Shown: positions 38,578-47,004 of the stretch, piece by piece
Layout: each line of letters starts with the position of its first letter
Position numbering within the stretch: position 1 is the stretch's first letter
Assembly (NCBI GenBank): GCA_004431415.1
Contig: QPMI01000235.1
Coordinates: forward strand, 1-64,000
Length of the DNA: 64,000 bases
Source: Cyanophora paradoxa CCMP329
Taxonomy: Eukaryota > Plantae > Glaucophyta
Direction: 5' to 3'
Made by a program: the position numbers and the translations under genes
Notes under the pieces: model-generated
Database searches by the model: none
Told to the model about the DNA's origin: nothing
Seen by the model: the letters and a program-made list of their open reading frames with translations, nothing else

Positions 38578-39074
38578 TGTTGTATACGCATGGACCTCAC
38601 GACCGGGCAATTCCGCTTCGCTCCATTGCCCCCGATTCCATGCGTTTCCAGTGTATACCTCCACCCCATCTTCAGTTAATTCACCTTGTACGTCTACGAG
38701 CCCCTAATTCCCAGGTCTACCAGACTCGGGCCGGAGTCTTAACAAAGAAATATCTAACGACTATTCAGGACAGAGCTGACAACTAGAATAGGCGAAGAGG
38801 AGCGCTGCCCCCCATGCGCGCGGTCTGTAGAGCAACGTAGCAGAATAGGCTAGGCGATATTAATGTGTGCATTGAGCTAACTGAGGAAACGCGTTCAGCA
38901 TTAACTATAGGCGTGAGGGCGAGTACAGAGAAGCTAAACGAGGAAAGAGCGTTAAGGTAAAGCTAGACGAAATAAATGTGTGCATCGAGCTAGCTGAGGA
39001 AACGCGTTCAGCAAAATCTATAGGCGTGACTTCAGTAAGAAACGGGCCCCTTTTAGCGGTCTGGTGCGGCCTCT
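38578..39074 (+). repeat. Left terminal inverted repeat (497 bp)
   Basis: TGTTGTATACGCATGG...GGTGCGGCCTCT is the reverse complement of 59711-60207. Confidence 0.97.
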
Positions 39075-39080
39075 ATCCAC

Positions 39081-39416
39081 TTAATCTGGCTGTTTTTCCG
39101 AGACTGTAGTCTTCTCCTTTCTGAAACTTGATAGCAAGGACTTTTTTCTTTTCAGTGGCTTCGGGATATTTGGTGGTGGCCAAGACAATCTTCGGCCTTC
39201 AGCATCAAGCCAAGGTACAGGTGAATCAGATCGTGTAAAAGGAGAATTGGACCTAGAAGTCCCGGGTGTGTTGATAGGCGTCACATGAGTTTCTGGGGTG
39301 CGAGAGCCTTCTGTGTCCGATATTTCGAGGTTAATGGTCGTCTCACAGCAACTACAATTCAATTTGCTGGTGACGTTGAGATGGAACATATCCATGAATT
39401 TTCGAAGCAAATCCAT
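39081..39416 (-). CDS. Hypothetical viral protein (CSCC motif, Ser/Pro-rich, basic C-terminus)
   Basis: 111-aa ATG ORF co-directional with its neighbours, ending 6 bp from the TIR. Confidence 0.6.
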   Translation of the reverse strand: MDLLRKFMDMFHLNVTSKLNCSCCETTINLEISDTEGSRTPETHVTPINTPGTSRSNSPFTRSDSPVPWLDAEGRRLSWPPPNIPKPLKRKKSLLSSFRKEKTTVSEKQPD

Positions 39417-39454
39417 CTATTATTGGAAAAATATAAAAAAACAAAGGAATGCAG

Positions 39455-40279
39455 CTATGGAGCCGTATCGCTGCCGAATATAGGAAAATACCTGTTTGTA
39501 CCAACATATTCTGCATATGTATTCTGTCTTGCAATAGCATCGGTTCGTTCAGCATAGAGAATGCACTTGTAGATACCAAACCTGGTGGCTCTCACCAAGA
39601 ACTGGTAGTCTTCAAGACCGAAATTTACACCATGGTAAGCAATGCCGAAATTATCATATGGAGTAATCACAACTGTAATATTTGGAGTTCCACCCTCTAC
39701 TTGACAGACAGCATAAACGTCTGGAGGGATATCAACAACCACCTTGTAGTGGTCACCAATTTCAACCAGAGAATCAACTACTGATGTCTGCTCATTAACA
39801 ACGATTGGAAAGATCTTGATAATATATGGTGCATTCATACTGGGCACGTACGTCCGAATCCGCGTCAGATTATCAATCGGGTTTGGCTGGTCGTTCACGA
39901 AGAGAGGAGCTCCGATCGTTCCCCCAACTCGAAGACCATCACCAATATATGCGCCGCCATTTCGACAGTTAATAGCTCCCGAACGAGATTCGAAAGAATA
40001 AGTCGAAATAGGGGAGCTGTAGGTGTCTGGATCGCCATAATTTGCGCTAAAATTTGCATTTGTGACAAGAAGCTTCGTTGTCTTAACTATACCATTGTTT
40101 TTATCACATCTGAGTTCCTGCAATCTCAGTTTATGGGTTGAACCAAATGTATTCATTGTAGGTTGAACCTCTGTTGATTCAAGACCTTCCACATCATCAA
40201 AAGTAGCATGTTGTAGAACGTGATTTGCAGGAGAAGCAAGCGAAAGCTGAGCTGTTAGGATGCGTTCAATTTCAGCCAT
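39455..40279 (-). CDS. Putative virion fibre-associated protein, paralog A
   Basis: 274 aa; shares GLESTE, ELRxDKNxGxVKTTxLLVTNANF and GGAxIGxGxRVxG with 40303-41157. Confidence 0.65.
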   Translation of the reverse strand: MAEIERILTAQLSLASPANHVLQHATFDDVEGLESTEVQPTMNTFGSTHKLRLQELRCDKNNGIVKTTKLLVTNANFSANYGDPDTYSSPISTYSFESRSGAINCRNGGAYIGDGLRVGGTIGAPLFVNDQPNPIDNLTRIRTYVPSMNAPYIIKIFPIVVNEQTSVVDSLVEIGDHYKVVVDIPPDVYAVCQVEGGTPNITVVITPYDNFGIAYHGVNFGLEDYQFLVRATRFGIYKCILYAERTDAIARQNTYAEYVGTNRYFPIFGSDTAP

Positions 40280-40302
40280 TTTACAATAAAGTGATATATA
40301 TT

Positions 40303-41157
40303 TTACGGAGTAGGATCATCGATCACATCTGGTTCTTGGTAAAATCCTGTTGTGAAGATATCTGCAACATTTACCCCACGAAGTGCTGAAACAGCTGCTA
40401 TATCTGTTCTCAGTCCCATAATCATAGTATTGTAAACTCCAACCTCAGTGACAAACAAATCATAAGTAAATGTCAAATTGTTATATACACAATATCCCCG
40501 ACCGAAATGATTTGATGCTTGAACAAAGAATAGGTAATTGTGACCAAGTTGGTTATTATTTGCTCTGCACATTGAAAGCATTGCTGTGGGAAGAGGAATA
40601 TTTCTTCTCACACGATCAGTTCCTGTAATGGAAACCAATTCTGAATTTTCAAGACTGACAGATGATGCAACATAGAAATGCAGAAAAGGTTGCTGTGCAA
40701 CTGGGGTATAGAACCGAATTCGTTGTGGGTTCTCCACATTTTGTTCAAGAGAATCTGGGACATCATTGTATGCTATCGAAGAAGAGAGTTGACCGGATAC
40801 ACGACATCCACCGCCAATAAAAGCACCGCCTGAACGAATTGTAGCAGCAGCAGTGTTTTTATCAAAATCAAGAGCTTTCAGATCAACACTGTAGGCATCA
40901 GGACCTCCATTAGTAGGCTGGAAGAAGTTAGCATTTGTGACAAGCAGTCGAGTGGTTTTAACTACGCCTGAGTTCTTGTCTGCTCGAAGTTCTTTTACAC
41001 GAATAATCGAATTCTTATCGAAAGCATTCCCGTTAGAATTAGGTCGTTCAGTGGATTCCAGACCGCGAACCTCATCATTTACTTCATGTTGACGAAAATG
41101 CATTGCAGGTGATCCAAGGGAATAGATAGGTAGCTGAATCCGATTATATTCGCCCAT
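40303..41157 (-). CDS. Putative virion fibre-associated protein, paralog B
   Basis: 284 aa; clear paralog of the adjacent ORF; function inferred. Confidence 0.65.
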   Translation of the reverse strand: MGEYNRIQLPIYSLGSPAMHFRQHEVNDEVRGLESTERPNSNGNAFDKNSIIRVKELRADKNSGVVKTTRLLVTNANFFQPTNGGPDAYSVDLKALDFDKNTAAATIRSGGAFIGGGCRVSGQLSSSIAYNDVPDSLEQNVENPQRIRFYTPVAQQPFLHFYVASSVSLENSELVSITGTDRVRRNIPLPTAMLSMCRANNNQLGHNYLFFVQASNHFGRGYCVYNNLTFTYDLFVTEVGVYNTMIMGLRTDIAAVSALRGVNVADIFTTGFYQEPDVIDDPTP

Positions 41158-41197
41158 TGCTTATTTTACTAAGAAGGAAAGAAAAATAAAACTACCA

Positions 41198-41503
41198 TCA
41201 AGGCAAAGTGATTAGATTCGAACCAAGGGATTGGTAAGCAGCTGAAAGAGATTGTATGTTGGCGGTCATAGTTTTAATGTTGTTATCACACTCAATGTAT
41301 TTAGCAACAGGATCACCATAAGCCGATTGCGCAAGGACATTAACCAAGAGGTTTTTATATTCATGAACAACTGGGGACAGTTTGTTCGTTTGCTGAATTG
41401 TTTTTTCGACAGTTTGTAGTGCGGCTACAAGTTTAATAGTATCAAAAGCAAGAGCAACAGGCTCAGAAGTAGTAGAAGATCCACCAAGCGGATAGGTCGC
41501 CAT
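41198..41503 (-). CDS. Hypothetical viral protein (helical/coiled-coil)
   Basis: 101-aa ORF starting 3 bp after the fibre gene stop. Confidence 0.65.
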   Translation of the reverse strand: MATYPLGGSSTTSEPVALAFDTIKLVAALQTVEKTIQQTNKLSPVVHEYKNLLVNVLAQSAYGDPVAKYIECDNNIKTMTANIQSLSAAYQSLGSNLITLP

Positions 41504-41506
41504 TTA

Positions 41507-44500
41507 TTATACAGCGACATTTTTAATTTGATCTATTTGATCTTGTAGACCTTTGCATTTCTTAGATAATTCTTTAACGGCTTCTATGAGAACCGGAATT
41601 AAACCTGTGTATGCAAGGGTTAAATAATTTTCGTGATTTTTACCTACTACTTCTGGTATGACTTTTTCGACATCTTGCGCAATCAAACCTAAGTTAACTT
41701 TCTGTTTTTCATCACCAATCTTTTTATAACTCACACCCTGTAATTTTTCGATTGCTGAAAGCGCACCGGTTATATTTTTAATGTCGGTTTTGTATCTTCT
41801 ATCGCTTCCTTGTGTAAGCCATCCCCAAAAGTAAACGTCACCATCACTATAAAAAGCTTGCATTGTTATATCATTTCCTCCTCTAAAATTGATGATATCG
41901 TAACCATAACCTTTAATGTATGTAGTCGATGATGAACCGAAATAAACTCTCCCGTTACCTTCATCTGATGTTATCCAAGTTCCGGTAGCCCATGTGGTGC
42001 GAGCATCTTTACTAAAAACGTTATCCCAACTTATAAACCCATTTGCTGGTGCTGTTCTCCCTTTTTCTTTCGTCCAACCGATATAGCCTATGTGACATCT
42101 CCCTTTTCTTGCAACAAATCGTACATGGGAGAATGTATCACAATGGAAAGAAGTCCATGTTAAGCCATCATGCCAATCTGAATCGTTATTATTTGAAACG
42201 GCTTGGTAACAATTTACCCTCATAATGTGATGCCACCTCCCATTTCGATAGCCTCCAATATCGAAATATCTGCAATTTGTCCAACACAGGTATTGAACAT
42301 GACATGTTTTCATATTTGCTGGGACTTCAATCTGTGCATAATCTGAACTTGTTTGATCATCATAAATATTGCTATAAAATCCATCAATTGGATTAGTGTA
42401 AGAAGGAACCCAACCTCCTGTCCAAGATCCCACATACTGAAGACTATAACTACCATGTCCACTCCAAGTATCAAAACCTGTAATGTTTCCAATCGAATTG
42501 GTGACATCTGTTAATGATAGATAGGATGTAGGTATATTTGGCTTGCTATACACATTATTCCAATGAATATAACCAGTGTGACCACCATAGCTATGCCCAA
42601 CCCATATTTTCATGAAACTAATACCCATAATGTGAACCCTTCCAATTCTTGCTTGAATTCGAATCCTTACAAATCGGTTTCCTAGGAAGATGGGGACATT
42701 ATTCACACCACTATGATTATCATTTGCAGACCCTGAATAAGGGTGATAATTGTTGACAGTTGTTATGAAAATCGCATTGCCTTGTCGATTAATTCCCCAA
42801 ATCTCGAAAATTCGTGTGTTGCCCCATGGTAAATGAGTTAAAAATGCTGTTCCTGTGTGTAATCCATCGGGTATATTGTATTCTATCCAAGCGGAAGAAG
42901 TTTGGTCATCAACTTCATTATTAAATGCATACCCACCATAATTATAATATGGATCCCATGATGAACCATAACCGAAATTCCAACCTCCAGAATAATTATA
43001 TGGAGAACTGCCTGCAACATATCCATCATTTGAGTGAAGCTTAGGAACAGCATTACCATTTATTTGAAGATTCGTAGTAGCATTAATGGTAGATGCTGTG
43101 AGGGTATTATTGACCCAAAGGTTACCATTGTCATAAGACTTTAAAATTGCTCCATCTGCTGAGTTTCTAAATTCAATTGAGACACCATCACCATTTGGTC
43201 TCCCTCGTATATATGTGCAATCGCCATTACCAAACCAAACTCGCTCAACTGCATCTGTTGATTTTAACCATGTATTTGTAGCCCATGTTGCGGTTTGTGG
43301 AAGGTCTGCGGCTGTTATTAAAGCGGGACGACTGTAAATATTATCCCAAGAAATCATGCCCAACTCATTATCGGTTGCTCTCTGTCTACTCCAACCAAAA
43401 ACCCCCGTAAGATAAATGCGACCTTTTCGCCCTTGAATATATATTTTTGTGTAAAATTCGCAGTTGATGGAGACAAACAAAACAGTATTATGGGTTCCAT
43501 CTTGATATACCGCCTGGATTCCTTGATAAGCATTCACACGTTTTAAGAAATGTTGATATCCATTAGGTGTTTGCCCATAGATATCATAATATCTGCAATT
43601 ACCCCAAGGCATATGCTGAATATAAAACGATTTCATACCTGTGGGGACGTTCCACCTCATAAAGCAAGCACTACAATCAGCGTCATTTTCTGGTGTTGTA
43701 TAAATTCCGCTTTGTCCTGTCCTTGCTATCCATCCTGTATTCCAATTTCCACTGCTTCTATCTGTCGAAATAACATCTAATTGGTCAAAATCGTAACCTT
43801 TCGGTATTGTCGTCCCACCAATTTGTAAAGTGGTAGCATTTACAGTTCCTGTAACAGTCCCACCTGTGAGAGGTAAGTAATTAGCAAGTGCCGCCGCTAA
43901 TTCTGCATCGGTTGCATAACTGCTTAAATCTGCGGTCGTGAGATATCCTTTATAGGTTAGGTAATCATCTGTAACAACTCCTGAAAGGGTTGTATTGTGT
44001 AAGTTTTTCGCCGCCATTCTCTGATTGACTTCTAAGGCACCACCTGATGTCGTTTTAATCCACGCCATCTCACATTTTCCGTGATCATCTGTGGGTTGTC
44101 CCGCAACGGGAAGATAGTTAACAACTTTCTCCCTTGTGAATACTATTTTAGGTCTTGCTCCATCATATGCGCTTTGATCTGTTACATTAATTTGAATAGC
44201 TGCTGAAAAATCCGCTACTTGTCCTGTTTCCCCTGGGTGATAATTCGTAACATAAATACTGGGGAAAGTATCGTTTACTCCTACGTTGAAATCACCACTA
44301 TACACTCCATTTACGATTGGATCCCTGGGTAATCTTACAGCAAGAGTTCCCACCATCGGTGTGCCTTCTTGACCTGTAAACGATCCATTGAGACTAACGT
44401 AATGATCATTCAAATATAACCTGTCAGGTGTATTAATCGATTGGTAAAGTGTGACTCCATTAAAAACATTTCCGATTGCATTCAATTGTGCGAAAACTGG

Positions 44501-46981
44501 CTGTTCGTCTATTTGACCCCAAACGTGCCTGTGTGTCGATGGTGTAAATGTCAGAGGGACGTTATCAATTTCTCCCCAATCGTGCCTATGGGCGCTGGGT
44601 GGAAACGTTAAAGGCACATTATCGAGATCGCCCCAATCGTGATGATGTAATGCTGGTGGAAACGTGAGAGGCACGTTATCGAGATCTAACCAACTGTGCC
44701 TATGGGCGCTGGGTGGAAATACGAGAGGGGTGTTATCGATATCTAACCAATTGTGCCTGTGAGCATCAGGTGGAAACGTTAGAGGGACGTTATCGAGATC
44801 TACCCAATCGTGCCTATGGGCGCTGGGTGGAAATGTTAAAGGCACGTTATCGAGATCACCCCAATCGTGCCGATGGTCTCCCGGAGGGAAATTTTCGGGT
44901 GGATTTGGGATATTTTCCCATCTAAAATAATCTTCTGTTACGACTCTTGAAATATCTTCATTGTGTATATTTTTGGCGCTTGCTCTTTGATTGATTTCTA
45001 ATAAACCTTCACCAACTCCACCATTATAGTTCGTTTTAATCCATGCGACCTCGCATTGTTTATAGTCATCTCGGTTCCCCAAAAGTGCATCTGGTAACAA
45101 TCTCTCTCTGCTGAATATTAATTTGGGTCTTGACGAATCTAAATCACTCACATCAGTAACATTAATTTGGATTGCTGCGTTTTTATCATCATAGTTTGCC
45201 GGATCAGAAGGTAAAGATATTAAACCTCCTGTCATTGGAACGTCATTGGCGTAGTAATTGGTTAAGTATATTCCTGGTTTAGTGTCTTTAATTTCTATGC
45301 CACCACCAAGTGGTAATATAACATTTCTTGTAGGAGGTCTAATATAAAGTTCACCCTCCATAGTGGTGCCTGCATCTATTCCCTGACGATTCACATAATA
45401 ATCGTTTAATTGTAATCTTTCTGGTGTGTCTATATTCTGGTAAAGACTCACACCATTGTTAATATCTCCTAATAATACATTTCCTGTTGATGCAAAAGTA
45501 GGCTGTAAATCGATTTCGTCCCAATTATGCCTATGGTCTTCCGGCGGAAACTCTTCTGGTATCCCATCAATATCGCCCCAATCGTGCCTGTGATCTTCAG
45601 GTGGATATTTCTCAGGTTTACCTAAGATCTCATCCCAGTCATGGTTGTGATCCTCTGGTGGATATCTTGCTGGTTTATTGTTAATCTGCTCCCAATCTGG
45701 AAAGAACTCCCAAATCTCTGGGCGAAAACCATCTGGAAGTAGTTCCTCATGAGGTTCAAAAGGTTGCTCATAATCAACAACTGGTGGTTCGAGACCATCT
45801 GCTAAGTATTCCTCATGAGGTTCATAATTCTGTTCATACTCATACTCCTGTGGATCTAAACCATCAGGTAAATACTCTTCCTCATTGGGGTCGTATTGAT
45901 CATATTCATACTCTTGCGGGTCGAAACCATCAGGTAGATATTCTTCCTCATCTGGGACAAATTGGTATTCTTCAAGCTCTAATATATCGATTTCAGGAGG
46001 TAAATACTGTTCATCTATCTGCTTTTTCGGTTCGAATATAGGTTTATTGCGAACTTGCTCCCAACTAACAATATGTTGACCGAAAGGAACTGTCTCGTCA
46101 GCAACTCGCTCTCGACCTGGTCCATCCGGGGTTGGAGGCTTCGGTAGCCCTGGAAGAGGTGGTATAGGTGGTATAGGGACAATAGGTCCGAAGTAGTAGT
46201 TGAAAATGTTTATTATCTCCGGTTCAGTGATGACCTTTTTTCCATCTTGGTAAATCGACGTGCCGTGAATATTTCGCCACTGCCTGGTGCGGAGCCCAAG
46301 ATCGTAGCTGTCATGCAACGCCGGGAGCAGGTGCCTATCAGCCTCAATCAGGATTGAGCCAAAGGTGCATCCAGGAATATCTAACCTGGTGGCTGGCTCG
46401 GTATCGATTTGATTTACATCAAAACCGTATAAAATATTTGCTTCTCGTGCAGCTGTAAAAAGTAAATCCCAGGGAAACGGCTGGATTTGTGATGCTAGCA
46501 CTGATATTCCTGCAGGCGCAGCGTCGCTGCTTGTCTGCGACTCTTCGCCAAGGAGAATTCGCCCTGTAATGTGAGCCGCAGTTTTGTTTGTGACAGCATT
46601 GGATTCATCAATTAGACGTAGAGCTGATATGTGAATCCCTCGATCGTTTTGAAGTCTAAATATTAATCTACCAGAATCATACTTCGAAACTGTGCCTGAG
46701 GAGGCAATGCGCAGGTGCCGCGGCAACGCCCTGGATCCGATTATTTCAGCAACATAATTCTCAGCTGGACCCAGACAAAATCTCTGTGCAATATCCGGGG
46801 CGCCAACATGTGAGTTGCGCAGAATTAATGCAGCTGGTCGATTAAACTCGGTCCTGTGGATGTCACGATCAGCATTGTAGTCAGCCAAGATGCTTCCGAA
46901 AACGCGAATATTTATATGTCGATCATCCACGAGATCTGGAGCTTTACGAAGTGGCACTGGCTTCTTCAAGATGTAGGACAT
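41507..46981 (-). CDS. Giant tail-fibre-like protein with C-terminal peptidase S74 intramolecular chaperone
   Basis: 1824 aa; SDRRYKTDI...GLIAQDVEKVIPEVV...YTGLIPVLIEAVKEL; ten 19-aa PPxxHxHxW repeats; internal domain duplications. Confidence 0.88.
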   Translation of the reverse strand: MSYILKKPVPLRKAPDLVDDRHINIRVFGSILADYNADRDIHRTEFNRPAALILRNSHVGAPDIAQRFCLGPAENYVAEIIGSRALPRHLRIASSGTVSKYDSGRLIFRLQNDRGIHISALRLIDESNAVTNKTAAHITGRILLGEESQTSSDAAPAGISVLASQIQPFPWDLLFTAAREANILYGFDVNQIDTEPATRLDIPGCTFGSILIEADRHLLPALHDSYDLGLRTRQWRNIHGTSIYQDGKKVITEPEIINIFNYYFGPIVPIPPIPPLPGLPKPPTPDGPGRERVADETVPFGQHIVSWEQVRNKPIFEPKKQIDEQYLPPEIDILELEEYQFVPDEEEYLPDGFDPQEYEYDQYDPNEEEYLPDGLDPQEYEYEQNYEPHEEYLADGLEPPVVDYEQPFEPHEELLPDGFRPEIWEFFPDWEQINNKPARYPPEDHNHDWDEILGKPEKYPPEDHRHDWGDIDGIPEEFPPEDHRHNWDEIDLQPTFASTGNVLLGDINNGVSLYQNIDTPERLQLNDYYVNRQGIDAGTTMEGELYIRPPTRNVILPLGGGIEIKDTKPGIYLTNYYANDVPMTGGLISLPSDPANYDDKNAAIQINVTDVSDLDSSRPKLIFSRERLLPDALLGNRDDYKQCEVAWIKTNYNGGVGEGLLEINQRASAKNIHNEDISRVVTEDYFRWENIPNPPENFPPGDHRHDWGDLDNVPLTFPPSAHRHDWVDLDNVPLTFPPDAHRHNWLDIDNTPLVFPPSAHRHSWLDLDNVPLTFPPALHHHDWGDLDNVPLTFPPSAHRHDWGEIDNVPLTFTPSTHRHVWGQIDEQPVFAQLNAIGNVFNGVTLYQSINTPDRLYLNDHYVSLNGSFTGQEGTPMVGTLAVRLPRDPIVNGVYSGDFNVGVNDTFPSIYVTNYHPGETGQVADFSAAIQINVTDQSAYDGARPKIVFTREKVVNYLPVAGQPTDDHGKCEMAWIKTTSGGALEVNQRMAAKNLHNTTLSGVVTDDYLTYKGYLTTADLSSYATDAELAAALANYLPLTGGTVTGTVNATTLQIGGTTIPKGYDFDQLDVISTDRSSGNWNTGWIARTGQSGIYTTPENDADCSACFMRWNVPTGMKSFYIQHMPWGNCRYYDIYGQTPNGYQHFLKRVNAYQGIQAVYQDGTHNTVLFVSINCEFYTKIYIQGRKGRIYLTGVFGWSRQRATDNELGMISWDNIYSRPALITAADLPQTATWATNTWLKSTDAVERVWFGNGDCTYIRGRPNGDGVSIEFRNSADGAILKSYDNGNLWVNNTLTASTINATTNLQINGNAVPKLHSNDGYVAGSSPYNYSGGWNFGYGSSWDPYYNYGGYAFNNEVDDQTSSAWIEYNIPDGLHTGTAFLTHLPWGNTRIFEIWGINRQGNAIFITTVNNYHPYSGSANDNHSGVNNVPIFLGNRFVRIRIQARIGRVHIMGISFMKIWVGHSYGGHTGYIHWNNVYSKPNIPTSYLSLTDVTNSIGNITGFDTWSGHGSYSLQYVGSWTGGWVPSYTNPIDGFYSNIYDDQTSSDYAQIEVPANMKTCHVQYLCWTNCRYFDIGGYRNGRWHHIMRVNCYQAVSNNNDSDWHDGLTWTSFHCDTFSHVRFVARKGRCHIGYIGWTKEKGRTAPANGFISWDNVFSKDARTTWATGTWITSDEGNGRVYFGSSSTTYIKGYGYDIINFRGGNDITMQAFYSDGDVYFWGWLTQGSDRRYKTDIKNITGALSAIEKLQGVSYKKIGDEKQKVNLGLIAQDVEKVIPEVVGKNHENYLTLAYTGLIPVLIEAVKELSKKCKGLQDQIDQIKNVAV

Positions 46982-47004
46982 TTTTATATAAGCCCCTTTT
47001 AAAA
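46982..47004. promoter_or_regulatory. Putative 23-bp bidirectional promoter core between the fibre and patatin genes
   Basis: TTTTATATAAGCCCCTTTTAAAA lies between two divergent AAAATG starts. Confidence 0.45.

Noticed and set aside
38577-38786. Small ORFs in the TIRs (mirrored at 59999-60301)
   Set aside because: They cross the element boundary or lack ATG starts, and recur only because of the inverted repeat
42010-44900. Diversity-generating retroelement or invertible cassette in the fibre gene
   Set aside because: No reverse transcriptase or invertase; repeats are in-frame and diverged at all bases, not adenine-specific
46951-47004. Longer ORF-track starts for patatin, MCP (50763), ATPase (52263) and ORFs 54296/54641
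   Set aside because: Mostly non-ATG starts and/or overlapping neighbouring genes; downstream ATGs fit better
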